Positions 9,077-18,407 of a stretch of 64,000 nt of DNA are shown here, piece by piece; the stretch's first letter is position 1, and each line of letters opens with the position of its first letter. The stretch is from an uncultured Bacteroidales bacterium (lineage in GTDB: Bacteria > Bacteroidota > Bacteroidia > Bacteroidales > VadinHA17): assembly GCA_942492865.1 (NCBI GenBank), contig OW818650.1:87892-151891 (forward strand). The letters are read 5' to 3'. A program made the position numbers and the translations under genes. The notes beneath the pieces are model-generated. The model was not told the DNA's origin and searched no databases. It was given only the letters and a program-made list of their open reading frames with translations.

Positions 9077-9197
9077 TAGTTTACTGTTTAACGGGTTTGT
9101 TACATAAATTTTTTAACCATTGAATAAATATAATCTGCATCATCACATCTCCTGAATCCTTTTGAAAATTTAAACAATAAAATTAATCTTTTTCAAA

Positions 9198-10535
9198 TTA
9201 TTTTAATGAATTATTAAAGTCAAGTTTTACTACCATTACGGTACCAGACATTTCATTCGCTGGCAGACTCATCAGCCGCAGGTATTTCTTATGCTCAATA
9301 TGGTCGCTCGGACTAAGATCAACAACACAATCGATCTTCTTACCATTATTCAGCAGCACAGCTTTTTCAGGAAGTATGTCAAGCGGTTTGAGCTTAAACC
9401 CATTACCCGGCAATCCCTTATTGAAATGAAGGAATATTGTTTTGTTATTTCCCGTGACCTGAACATCCCCGCCTGCTGTAAATGACGACTGTACCGGATA
9501 CTTAAATGATTCTTCCACCAACTTATACCACAGCCCTAACCGTTTAAGTATTTCTTTCGATTCTCCCGGTATAAGACCCTCCGAAGTCGGGCCGACGTTA
9601 AGCAGATAATTGGCTCCTTTTGAAAGATACCTGTCGATGCTTCTTTCAAGATGGAGATCAGAATAGTATGTTTCGTCCTTTTTATAACCCCAGCTTTCCA
9701 TCCCTACCGACTGGCATGCCTCAGTAGGCCTTGTTATTGTCCCTGCTTCCGCAGCTGCATCATAATCCCGCTCGGGTGTGCCGAAATCTCCGTCATCAAA
9801 CCCTCGGTTGTTAATAACAGCAGCCGGTTGCATTTTTCTTATCATTTCATTTATCGAACGGTCCTTATGCAGGGGGACATTCATGTCCCACCAGAAACCA
9901 TGGATCTTACCATAATTGGTGCAAAGCTCTTTAACCTGCGCCTTAAGAAATTCCATATACCTTTCCCAGTCAGGATGATCACCTTCTTCAGGTGCCGGCA
10001 GTTCATGATGCCTGCCCTGGTTGGGATAATCGGGATGATTCCAGTCGGCTATTGAATAATAAAGGCAAAGCGGAACATTTCTTTTATGGCAGGCATCTGA
10101 CAACATTCCTATAATATCTTTCCTGTAAGGTGTATTTATGGTACTGAATTTTGTCTGATTTGTATCCCAGAGGCAAAAACCATCATGATGTTTAGTAGTA
10201 ATGGTAATGTACTTCATGCCTGCCATTTCCATTATGTCGAGCCATTCTTCAGGATTGAATTTTTTGGGATTCCACTGGCCGGCCAGCTTTACATATTCTG
10301 AACGGGGTACCCTTGCCCTCCACTGGTGCTGCTCGTGCCAGGCCGGTATGGAATACAATCCCCAGTGAATGAACATACCATACCTTTTTTCAAAAAACCA
10401 GTCGCGTTCATCCCCGAATCGCTTTACCGATCCTTTCTGATCGCCGAATAATATATCTCGTGATGTCGTCCCTCTTAAATACAATGGAGCTGCAGCTAGG
10501 GCTGAAGCCGCTTTTATCATCTGGCGTCGTTTCAT
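9198..10535 (-). CDS. Alpha-L-fucosidase (GH29-like) with a Tat/Sec-type signal
   Basis: 'YGMFIHWGLYSIPAW', 'TKHHDGFCLWD' and 'FWWDMN' blocks are characteristic of GH29. The N-terminus 'MKRRQMIKAASALAAAPL' is signal-like. Confidence 0.8.
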   Translation of the reverse strand: MKRRQMIKAASALAAAPLYLRGTTSRDILFGDQKGSVKRFGDERDWFFEKRYGMFIHWGLYSIPAWHEQHQWRARVPRSEYVKLAGQWNPKKFNPEEWLDIMEMAGMKYITITTKHHDGFCLWDTNQTKFSTINTPYRKDIIGMLSDACHKRNVPLCLYYSIADWNHPDYPNQGRHHELPAPEEGDHPDWERYMEFLKAQVKELCTNYGKIHGFWWDMNVPLHKDRSINEMIRKMQPAAVINNRGFDDGDFGTPERDYDAAAEAGTITRPTEACQSVGMESWGYKKDETYYSDLHLERSIDRYLSKGANYLLNVGPTSEGLIPGESKEILKRLGLWYKLVEESFKYPVQSSFTAGGDVQVTGNNKTIFLHFNKGLPGNGFKLKPLDILPEKAVLLNNGKKIDCVVDLSPSDHIEHKKYLRLMSLPANEMSGTVMVVKLDFNNSLK

Positions 10536-10558
10536 TGTTCCGGGTTTTTGTTTTGTTT

Positions 10559-11275
10559 TCAGAACCTTCCAAATATGGAATATTTCTCAGTATTGCAAAA
10601 TATTGATGAATATACGAATAACCCGGAAATATTTGTCTCCATTTTCCTTTCAAGGTGAAGAACAGGCTGATCTTTTTTTATCCGGAGGAACCGGCTGATC
10701 TTTTTTGCTGCCGGGATTGCTTTGATCCTCTGCTCACCTCCCTTTATTTCAACCTGGTAATTTTCGCGGAGGATATGAAAAAGGGACCTGTTCTCAAACT
10801 GGCGTGATGTGATACGTGGGAGATTTATATTGCCAATATAACTTACGTCATAAAAGATCGGAACATCTTCAAGCAGTCTTATCCGTTCCATATAGATGCA
10901 ACCTGATTCGATCTCAAGCTCTGAAAGAGGGAACATAAAATCATCGGGCCACCTTATCAGCACAGGTTTAACGATAATACGTGTCTTAAGATTCCGGTCG
11001 CCAACGGCGGAGGTTGTACCTGAAACCGAAAGAATTCCAATCTCCCGGGGAAGGCTGTGCACTATGCTGCCTTTTCCCTGGTGCTTCCTTATATATCCGT
11101 CATTGGCAAGGGATGCAAGCGATTGTCTTACAGTCGGCCGTGTCAATGAGTAGATCCGGCACAGCTCATTTTCAGAAGGAAGCAGATCTCCTTCCCTGTA
11201 AACCCCGTCGGTTATATGCTTACGGAGCATTTCGTACAATCTTCTGTACCGGGGAATATTTCCGGGTTGAGTCAT
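10559..11275 (-). CDS. GntR-family transcriptional regulator (HutC subfamily, UTRA effector domain)
   Basis: N-terminal winged HTH 'LPSENELCRIYSLTRPTVRQSLASLANDGYIRKHQGKGSIV' plus a ~150-aa UTRA-like C-terminus. Confidence 0.8.
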   Translation of the reverse strand: MTQPGNIPRYRRLYEMLRKHITDGVYREGDLLPSENELCRIYSLTRPTVRQSLASLANDGYIRKHQGKGSIVHSLPREIGILSVSGTTSAVGDRNLKTRIIVKPVLIRWPDDFMFPLSELEIESGCIYMERIRLLEDVPIFYDVSYIGNINLPRITSRQFENRSLFHILRENYQVEIKGGEQRIKAIPAAKKISRFLRIKKDQPVLHLERKMETNISGLFVYSSIFCNTEKYSIFGRF

Positions 11276-11308
11276 TATTAATAAAATTATGTAAATATAA
11301 AATTGTTT

Positions 11309-11324
11309 ACTTGTAAATACAAGT
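11309..11324. promoter_or_regulatory. Candidate GntR operator: palindrome ACTTGTA-AA-TACAAGT
   Basis: Perfect 7-bp arms around a 2-nt centre, containing a GT...AC core. Sits just upstream of a TAnnTTTG box in the divergent gntR/E2 intergenic region. The half-site ACAAGTTAAA recurs at 11402-11411. Confidence 0.35.
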
Positions 11325-11332
11325 TAAATTAA

Positions 11333-11340
11333 TATTTTTG
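11333..11340 (+). promoter_or_regulatory. Candidate Bacteroidota -7 promoter element (TAnnTTTG) for the E2-led operon
   Basis: TATTTTTG matches TAnnTTTG. It lies 97 nt upstream of the ATG at 11437, with a cTTG about 20 nt upstream as a possible -33 element. Confidence 0.3.
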
Positions 11341-11436
11341 TAACGCTTAATACAACAATGGTTAGCGTACATTCATAAAATTGTTCTTACTGCTTATTAT
11401 AACAAGTTAAAATAAACCAATCAATTCATTCAAAAA

Positions 11437-12660
11437 ATGGCAACCCCCGTTATAATGCCGAAACAGGGACAATCGGTAGAGACCTGCATCATTTCAAAAT
11501 GGTTCAAAAAGGCCGGCGACAGCGTCTCAACAGGTGACATTCTTTTATCTTATGAAACTGATAAAGCATCCTTCGATCTTGAATCACCGGCAGGTGGCAC
11601 CTTGCTCGATGTCTTTTTCGAGGATGGATCAGAAGTCCCGGTTCTGGAAAATGTGGCTGTGATAGGCAATCCCGGTGAAAAAACCGACATCTATCGTCCC
11701 GGAAGCTCATCAGCCTCAGCTGTAACCACTCCGGATGTTGCCAAAGATGAAAAAACAGCTGTAATAACAACTTCCGCAGAAAACATTACTTCTCAGCCTG
11801 GCAGCAGGATCAGGATCTCTCCCAGGGCTAAAACACTGGCCAGGGCCAAAGGGATCAGGTACTCCGGCATAACAGGTTCAGGTCCGTACGGCAGGATAAT
11901 AATCAAAGACATCGAAAACTTTGCTTCAGGAACATCTGCTCCGGTAAACACTTCAGCTAGTGAAGGTGAATATTCTGAACATCCGCTGAGCAATGTAAGA
12001 AAGCTGATTGCCAAAGCGATGCACTCCTCATTACAGAATTCTGCCCAGCTGACACATCACATGAGCGCAGATGTAAGAAGGCTGCTGGAGGCCAGACGCA
12101 GGATAAAGGAAAGCATTAAGAACGGAACTCCGGCACAGGACATCACCCTGAACGATATGATATGCTGGTGTGTGATCAGGGCGCTCGAAAAACTTCCTGA
12201 GATCAACAGTCATTTTCTTGGCGACAAGATCAGGAATTTCAATACAGTACATCTCGGATTTGCAGTGGATACCCAGCGCGGGCTTTTGGTACCGGCATTG
12301 AGGAATGCCTCAGGAATGGACCTCGCAACCTTATCCAGGGAGCTTAAATCGATTGCCGATTCGTGCAGAAAGGGAAGCATCAGCCCCGAGCTTATTCAAA
12401 GCACCGCAGCTACATTTACCGTTTCCAATCTCGGCAATTACGGGGTTGAAATGTTTACACCTGTGATCAACCTGCCTCAATCAGGAATACTGGGGGTTTG
12501 CACCATAATTAACAGGCCGGCCGATCTTGGTAACAGCACATTCGGCTTCGTTCCCTACATAGGACTGTCACTGACCTACGATCATAGGGCCATAGATGGT
12601 GGTCCTGCAACACTGTTTCTGAAAGAAATTAAAGATCAGATTGAGAAATTTACTTTATGA
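11437..12660 (+). CDS. Dihydrolipoamide acyltransferase (E2) of a 2-oxoacid/acetoin dehydrogenase-type complex
   Basis: Lipoyl domain with 'ETDKASFDLESPAGG' (lipoyl-Lys), a peripheral subunit-binding segment 'RISPRAKTLARAKGI', and catalytic 'LTYDHRAIDGGPA'. Confidence 0.85.
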   Translation: MATPVIMPKQGQSVETCIISKWFKKAGDSVSTGDILLSYETDKASFDLESPAGGTLLDVFFEDGSEVPVLENVAVIGNPGEKTDIYRPGSSSASAVTTPDVAKDEKTAVITTSAENITSQPGSRIRISPRAKTLARAKGIRYSGITGSGPYGRIIIKDIENFASGTSAPVNTSASEGEYSEHPLSNVRKLIAKAMHSSLQNSAQLTHHMSADVRRLLEARRRIKESIKNGTPAQDITLNDMICWCVIRALEKLPEINSHFLGDKIRNFNTVHLGFAVDTQRGLLVPALRNASGMDLATLSRELKSIADSCRKGSISPELIQSTAATFTVSNLGNYGVEMFTPVINLPQSGILGVCTIINRPADLGNSTFGFVPYIGLSLTYDHRAIDGGPATLFLKEIKDQIEKFTL

Positions 12661-12666
12661 ATATGA

Positions 12667-12698
12667 GGGTTTCAGTGTTTCAGGGTTTCAGGGTTTGC
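12667..12698. repeat. Four tandem octamers G(G/T)GTTTCA/G followed by a small GC-rich hairpin (12703-12720)
   Basis: Read directly: gggtttca gtgtttca gggtttca gggtttgc, then GGCGA-gcccggct-TCGCC. Lies in the 114-nt spacer between E2 and E1. Confidence 0.85.
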
Positions 12699-12774
12699 CT
12701 TCGGCGAGCCCGGCTTCGCCCCGGTTCAGAGTATCAGGTAACCATTTAAATAAAGACAAGTAAAACAAAATATT

Positions 12775-15243
12775 ATGCCCAGGAGTCAGAACATTTTTCC
12801 AGCGGATGTCCGCAAACCAAAATTCATTGAATTTGGCAAAATACCTGTTAATCAATACAATAAGACTATCGAGGAAGAGAAGAAAAATTTCTCCACCGCT
12901 GATTTTATAAGAATATTCCGCGATATGGTTGTAATAAGGGAGTTTGAAACAATGCTTAACCTTATTAAGACAACAAATGAGTACCAGGGTGTCAGTTACA
13001 ATCATCCCGGTCCGGCTCATCTTTCAATAGGTCAGGAAGCCTCAGCAGTGGGAATGGCCTATAATCTGAATGAAGAGGATTTTATCTTCGGATCTCACCG
13101 CAGTCATGGCGAGATAATTGCAAAAGGTCTGTCGGCAATAGATAAGCTGAGCGATGATAATTTATATGAAATTATGCGGAACTATTTTAATGGTTCAGCC
13201 CTGAGAGTTGTCGAGAAGGATTTTCACGGCGACATTAAAGATCTTGCAATTCAATTCCTTCTCTACGGATCGCTTGCTGAAATCTTTGCACGCAGAAACG
13301 GATTCAATAAAGGGCTCGGAGGATCAATGCATGCCTTCTTCACCCCTTTCGGAATATATCCCAACAATGCTATTGTAGGCGGTTCGGGTGATATCTCAGT
13401 TGGCGCTGCCCTTTATAAGAAGATCAACAGGAAACCGGGGATCATCGTTTGTAATATAGGTGATGCCTCCATGGGCTGCGGACCTGTATGGGAAGGTATT
13501 ACATTTGCCACCATGGACCAGTACAGGAGCCTGTGGGAAGGAGAATACAGGGGCGGGCTGCCTCTTATATTCAACTTCATGAATAATCAGTACGGCATGG
13601 GTGGACAGACCTGTGGAGAAACAATGGGCTATGATATCCTTGCAAGGGTTGGCGCCGGAGTAAATCCCGAGATGATGCATGCCGAGCGTATCGACGGCTA
13701 CAATCCTCTTGCAGTCATCGATGCCTTCAGTCGTAAGATGAAAATCATTAAGGAGAAAAAAGGACCTGTTCTTCTTGATACGCTAACCTACAGGATAAGC
13801 GGACACTCGCCTTCAGATGCCTCATCTTACCGGTCAAAGGAGGAAATTGAGGCATGGCAGAAGGAAGACTCCATAATTTCATACGGTAAATCACTTATCG
13901 ATGCGGGGATAGCGACCGTAGATCAGCTTGACGAGATCAAAAGCAATACCGTTGAAATGCTTGTTAATATCCTTAAGCTCAGCATTAACGATGATTTATC
14001 ACCAAGACTTAATCCTGATATTGAAAATGAAGATATCGGTTCAATGATGTTTTCAAATGTATCAGCTGACAAGATGGAAGAGAGAACTCCTGAAGTACTG
14101 ATACCGCTTGAAGAGAACCCAAGGGTAAAATCATTGAAGAATAAAGAAAGATATTTTAAAGGTAAGGATGGAAAGCCTGTCTCAAAAGCAAAGCTGTACC
14201 AGTTCAGGGATGGCCTTTTTGAAGCCATAATCGACAGGTTCTATAAAGATCCGACCCTTGCTGCCTGGGGTGAAGAGAACCGCGACTGGGGAGGAGCATT
14301 CGCCGTTTACCGCGGACTTACGGAAGCGTTGCCTTATAACAGGCTGTTCAACTCTCCCATCTCCGAAGGAGCTATTGTAGGAACCGCTGTTGGTTACGGA
14401 ATGTGCGGCGGTCGTGTCATTGCCGAGATTATGTATTGCGATTTTATCGGAAGGTCGGGTGATGAGATCTTTAACCAGCTGCCCAAATGGCAGGCAATGA
14501 GCGGTAATATCATTAAAATGCCCGTTGTGATAAGGGTCTCTGTCGGATCAAAATACGGCGCCCAGCACTCACAGGACTGGTCATCACTTACTGCCCATAT
14601 TCCTGGATTAAAAGTTGTTTTTCCCGCCACACCTTATGATGCTAAAGGATTAATGAACACAGCATTGCAGGGTACTGACCCTGTTATCTTCTTCGAAAGC
14701 CAGAGGGTCTACGACATAGGCGAGATGTTCCATACCGAAGGTGTACCTGAAGGATATTACGAAATTCCTTTCGGTGAGCCTGATATAAAAAGGGAAGGTA
14801 ATGACATCACAATCATTACTATAGGAGCAACCCTCTATACCGCCCTGAAGGCAGCTGATATCCTTGAACAGAATTATGGATTAAAGGCTGAAGTAATTGA
14901 TGCACGGTCGCTTGTACCATTCAATTATGAACCGGTAATTGAATCTGTTAAAAAAACCGGCAAGGTAGTCCTTGCCAGTGACGCGACTACCAGAGGTTCT
15001 TTCCTGAAAGAAATGGCTCAGACAATAACCGAACTGGCATTCGATTATCTAGATGCTCCTCCGGTCACTATCGGATCACGCAACTGGATCACTCCCGCCT
15101 ACGAGATGGAGGAATATTTCTTCCCGCAGCCCGACTGGATAATAGATGCAATTAATGAAAAAATCGTTCCGCTCAAAGGACACAGAAACCGGCAGGATTT
15201 CTCGGCTCAGAAAACGATTCAGCTGAACAAAGACGGCATTTAG
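12775..15243 (+). CDS. Fused E1 alpha-beta TPP-dependent dehydrogenase component (acetoin/pyruvate/branched-chain 2-oxoacid dehydrogenase type)
   Basis: 822 aa. The alpha part carries the TPP motif '[13 protein letters not shown]...[14 protein letters not shown]'. A ~100-aa charged linker follows. The beta part ('[11 protein letters not shown]...[15 protein letters not shown]', '[10 protein letters not shown]...[11 protein letters not shown]') resembles a transketolase-like Pyr/C domain. Confidence 0.85.
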   Translation: MPRSQNIFPADVRKPKFIEFGKIPVNQYNKTIEEEKKNFSTADFIRIFRDMVVIREFETMLNLIKTTNEYQGVSYNHPGPAHLSIGQEASAVGMAYNLNEEDFIFGSHRSHGEIIAKGLSAIDKLSDDNLYEIMRNYFNGSALRVVEKDFHGDIKDLAIQFLLYGSLAEIFARRNGFNKGLGGSMHAFFTPFGIYPNNAIVGGSGDISVGAALYKKINRKPGIIVCNIGDASMGCGPVWEGITFATMDQYRSLWEGEYRGGLPLIFNFMNNQYGMGGQTCGETMGYDILARVGAGVNPEMMHAERIDGYNPLAVIDAFSRKMKIIKEKKGPVLLDTLTYRISGHSPSDASSYRSKEEIEAWQKEDSIISYGKSLIDAGIATVDQLDEIKSNTVEMLVNILKLSINDDLSPRLNPDIENEDIGSMMFSNVSADKMEERTPEVLIPLEENPRVKSLKNKERYFKGKDGKPVSKAKLYQFRDGLFEAIIDRFYKDPTLAAWGEENRDWGGAFAVYRGLTEALPYNRLFNSPISEGAIVGTAVGYGMCGGRVIAEIMYCDFIGRSGDEIFNQLPKWQAMSGNIIKMPVVIRVSVGSKYGAQHSQDWSSLTAHIPGLKVVFPATPYDAKGLMNTALQGTDPVIFFESQRVYDIGEMFHTEGVPEGYYEIPFGEPDIKREGNDITIITIGATLYTALKAADILEQNYGLKAEVIDARSLVPFNYEPVIESVKKTGKVVLASDATTRGSFLKEMAQTITELAFDYLDAPPVTIGSRNWITPAYEMEEYFFPQPDWIIDAINEKIVPLKGHRNRQDFSAQKTIQLNKDGI

Positions 15244-15323
15244 AGATCTGAACGATAACATTACCCTGAACGTGAATCACATATATGCCTTTTTAATACC
15301 TTTGCTCTACAAATCCGAAAAGA

Positions 15324-16115
15324 ATGAACGATACAGTACAAAGGATCAGGGAAAAAACAGGTTTCATTATTGACATGGATGGTGTGATATACCATGGTAA
15401 CAAGCTGTTACCAGGCGTTCCTGAATTCATCGGCTGGCTTGAAAAGTCAGGAAAAAAGTATCTGTTCCTTACAAATTCAAGTGAGAGAACGCCGCGCGAG
15501 CTCCATGAGAAAATGCTGAGGCTGGGCATAGATATCGGAGAAGATCATTTCTATACAAGTGCTCTCGCAACAGCAAGTTTCCTTGCAAGCCAGAAAACAA
15601 ACGGAAGCGCTTATATAATAGGTGATGCAGGTCTTATACATGCACTTTACAGCGTGGGATACTCAAGCAATAACGTTAATCCCGATTATGTAGTGGTTGG
15701 GGAAACACATGGTTATAACTTTGAAAAAATAGAGTTAGCAATAAATCTTGTTCTGAAGGGAGCCAAGCTCATAGGAACAAATCCTGATATAACAGGTCCG
15801 GTTGAAAATGGAATAACACCTTCAACAAGAGCTCTTATTGCTCCTATTGAGATAGCAACCAACAGGAAGGCGTACTTTGTAGGCAAACCAAATCCACTGA
15901 TGATGCGCATCGCACTGAAGAAACTCGGGGTTCAACGGGAAGAAGCTATAGTTATAGGCGACAGGATGGATACCGATATCAGGTGCGGGCTCGAATCGGA
16001 GATAGACACACTTCTTGTTCTCAGCGGAATTACTGTGGCCAACGAGATAGATAATTTCCCCTACAAGCCCAGGTATATTCTAAATGGCGTTATTGATCTT
16101 GTGAGCAAAGCATGA
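15324..16115 (+). CDS. HAD-IIA subfamily sugar-phosphate phosphatase (NagD/AraL-like)
   Basis: 'GFIIDMDGVIYHGNKLLPG' (DxDG motif I), 'LFLTNSS' (motif II) and 'GDRMDTDI' (motif IV), with a 263-aa length typical of HAD-IIA. Confidence 0.7.
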   Translation: MNDTVQRIREKTGFIIDMDGVIYHGNKLLPGVPEFIGWLEKSGKKYLFLTNSSERTPRELHEKMLRLGIDIGEDHFYTSALATASFLASQKTNGSAYIIGDAGLIHALYSVGYSSNNVNPDYVVVGETHGYNFEKIELAINLVLKGAKLIGTNPDITGPVENGITPSTRALIAPIEIATNRKAYFVGKPNPLMMRIALKKLGVQREEAIVIGDRMDTDIRCGLESEIDTLLVLSGITVANEIDNFPYKPRYILNGVIDLVSKA

Positions 16116-16747
16116 CCGACCCTGAATATAAAACAGAACGAAAAAATGTCGCATATTTCATGAGGCGGCTCTACTCGCGCAATCTGACTACAACATCAGG
16201 CGGAAACATTAGCGTAAGGATAGACAGCACTATCATTGCCATAACCCCCTCGGCCACCGATAAAGGAAGGATGAGATGGAAAGAGGTTGGTTTGCTCACA
16301 ATGGAAGGAGAAAATCTTACCCCTGAATTGAAACCGTCAATGGAATCATTTATGCACCTTGCAGTTTACAGGAAGGATGCTGAAATAAAAGCCATTGTTC
16401 ATGCTCATCCGGTCTATGCAACTTCTTTCACTGCAATGAGATCGACTGTTAATACCAGTCTTACTGCAGAAGCAAGGGCTGTTTGCGGTGAGCCGGTATT
16501 TGTCCCATACGCACTTATGGGTACCATTGAACTTGCAGAACTTGCTGCCGGTAATATTGGAAAAGGAAACATCCTGCTCCTCGAAAATCATGGTATCTTG
16601 GCTGCAGGGAAGAATCTTACAGAGGCATTCGACAGGATTGAAGTTCTTGAGAATGCTGCCAAAATGACCCTGATTGTTGAATTTGCGGGAAAAAAGAGTG
16701 AGCTTGACAGTTCAAAAATAAGCCAGATAGATAAATTATTCAGATGA
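16112..16747 (+). CDS. Class II aldolase/adducin-fold protein (FucA/AraD/MtnB-like; the exact reaction is not resolvable by eye)
   Basis: 'SGGNISVR', 'PSMESFMHLAVY', 'IVHAHPVYAT' and 'LLENHGILAAG' give a Glu plus three His zinc-site pattern. The ATGA start/stop overlaps the upstream gene. Confidence 0.75.
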   Translation: MTDPEYKTERKNVAYFMRRLYSRNLTTTSGGNISVRIDSTIIAITPSATDKGRMRWKEVGLLTMEGENLTPELKPSMESFMHLAVYRKDAEIKAIVHAHPVYATSFTAMRSTVNTSLTAEARAVCGEPVFVPYALMGTIELAELAAGNIGKGNILLLENHGILAAGKNLTEAFDRIEVLENAAKMTLIVEFAGKKSELDSSKISQIDKLFR

Positions 16748-17388
16748 TAAAGGGAGTTCTCTTCGATATGGATGGCGTTCTGGTCGATTCGGAAGAATAT
16801 ATACGGAACGCTGCAATTATGATGTTCGCTGAGTATGGTATTAAGGCAGAACCTGAAGATTTTCTGCCATTTGTAGGCATGGGCGAGAACAGGTACCTTG
16901 GCGGCGTTGCGGCCAAATACGGGCTCGCAGCAGATATAGATATAATTAAGGCAAGAACATATTATTTGTACGGAGTCATTACCCATGGCAAGCTTAAGCC
17001 CCTCCCCGGCGCCAGGCAGTTTGTTGATAAATGTATTCAAAAAGGTCTCAGGATAGCACTGGCTTCGAGCGCCGACAGGATCAAGATTGAAATAAGCCTC
17101 AGGGAAACGGAAATTCCCCAGGAACTCTTTCATGCGATAGTAAACGGCCTTGATGTTGAAAATAAAAAACCATTCCCTGATATTTACCTGAAAGCCTGTG
17201 AACTGCTGGGACTCATACCGGAAGAATGTCTTGTAGCCGAAGATGCTGTAAGCGGGGTGGAAGCTGCAAAAAGAGCCGGCTGCAAATGTCTGGCCCTTAC
17301 AACATCATTTGACAGGACCCAACTAAGCAAGGCTGACTGGTTCTGCCACTTTCTCTCTGACGCACCCGCAGAAGCGCTGAACTGGTAA
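16744..17388 (+). CDS. HAD-IA family phosphatase (beta-phosphoglucomutase-like)
   Basis: 'VLFDMDGVLVDSE' motif I, 'ALASSA' motif II and 'AEDAVSGVEAAKRAG' motif III/IV. ATGA overlap with the upstream gene. Confidence 0.75.
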   Translation: MIKGVLFDMDGVLVDSEEYIRNAAIMMFAEYGIKAEPEDFLPFVGMGENRYLGGVAAKYGLAADIDIIKARTYYLYGVITHGKLKPLPGARQFVDKCIQKGLRIALASSADRIKIEISLRETEIPQELFHAIVNGLDVENKKPFPDIYLKACELLGLIPEECLVAEDAVSGVEAAKRAGCKCLALTTSFDRTQLSKADWFCHFLSDAPAEALNW

Positions 17389-17398
17389 ATCATTTAAA

Positions 17399-18403
17399 AT
17401 GAATAATATGGAAACAAGAAAACTCGGAAATACAGATCTCGAAATAACTGTTCTCGCATTCGGAGCATGGGCCATCGGAGGCTGGCTCTGGGGCGGAGCC
17501 GATTCTAATGATGCAATAAAAGCCATCGAAACGGCCGTCGATAACGGAATGACGACAATTGATACTGCTCCGGTATATGGATTTGGCCTGAGTGAAGAGC
17601 TTGTTGCAAAAGCTATTAAAGGTAAAAGAAGCAAGGTTCAGATCCTTACCAAGTTCGGACTGATATGGGACAGTAAGAGCGGTGTCTTTCATTTTTCATC
17701 AAAAGACAATTCAGGCAATGATATAGACCTTTATAAGTATTCTTCAAAGGCAAGGGTTATCAGCGATTGTGAAGAGAGCCTGCGGCGCCTAAACACCGAT
17801 TACATAGACCTTTTCCAGATCCACTGGCCCGATACGTCAACACCGGTTTCCGAAACAATGGAAGCGCTTCAGGAGCTTGTTGACAAGGGGAAGATCAGGG
17901 CTGGTGGAGTGTGTAACTACTCATCCGACCTTATGACAGAAGCTGCGAAATATTTCAATCTTGCTTCAAACCAGGTGCCATACAGCATGGTTAACCGTGA
18001 TATTGAAAAGAATGTTGTACCTGCATGCCTGTCAGGTAATATTGGCATACTGGCTTACAGCCCTCTCCAGAGAGGGTTGCTTACGGGCAAGATCAAACCA
18101 GGACATAATTTTAACGAAGGAGATAACCGGCCGGCAACCATCTTTTACAGGGAGCCTAACCTTTCTAATATCCTTGGTTTGCTCGAAAAGTTGAAGCCTG
18201 TTGCACACTCTCACAATGCAACGCTTGCCCAGATAGTCCTCAGCTGGACAGTCAGGCAGCCGGGTATTACATGTGCCCTGGCAGGGGCACGTAACACAAC
18301 ACAGGTTATGGACAATCTTGGCGCAATGAAATTCACCCTTAGCGATGACGAGATCAGTTATATTAACAAGCTGCTTGATGAATTTAAAATAATAAAATCA
18401 TAA
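17399..18403 (+). CDS. Aldo/keto reductase
   Basis: 'LGNTDLEITVLAFGAWAIGG', 'IDTAPVYGFGLSEELV', 'YIDLFQIHWPD', 'LAYSPLQRGLLTGK'. Confidence 0.8.
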   Translation: MNNMETRKLGNTDLEITVLAFGAWAIGGWLWGGADSNDAIKAIETAVDNGMTTIDTAPVYGFGLSEELVAKAIKGKRSKVQILTKFGLIWDSKSGVFHFSSKDNSGNDIDLYKYSSKARVISDCEESLRRLNTDYIDLFQIHWPDTSTPVSETMEALQELVDKGKIRAGGVCNYSSDLMTEAAKYFNLASNQVPYSMVNRDIEKNVVPACLSGNIGILAYSPLQRGLLTGKIKPGHNFNEGDNRPATIFYREPNLSNILGLLEKLKPVAHSHNATLAQIVLSWTVRQPGITCALAGARNTTQVMDNLGAMKFTLSDDEISYINKLLDEFKIIKS

Positions 18404-18407
18404 TGCA

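Noticed and set aside
12688-13020. A 110-aa minus-strand ORF spanning the E2-E1 spacer
   Set aside because: It overlaps the 5' end of the E1 gene in antisense and translates the octamer repeat. It has no motif support.
16588-17133. A 181-aa antisense ORF. Similar long antisense ORFs occur at 8378-8980, 21545-22027, 37434-37931, 54115-54549 and 60190-60624
   Set aside because: Each lies fully inside a well-supported gene on the opposite strand and has no recognisable motifs. They are typical shadow ORFs.
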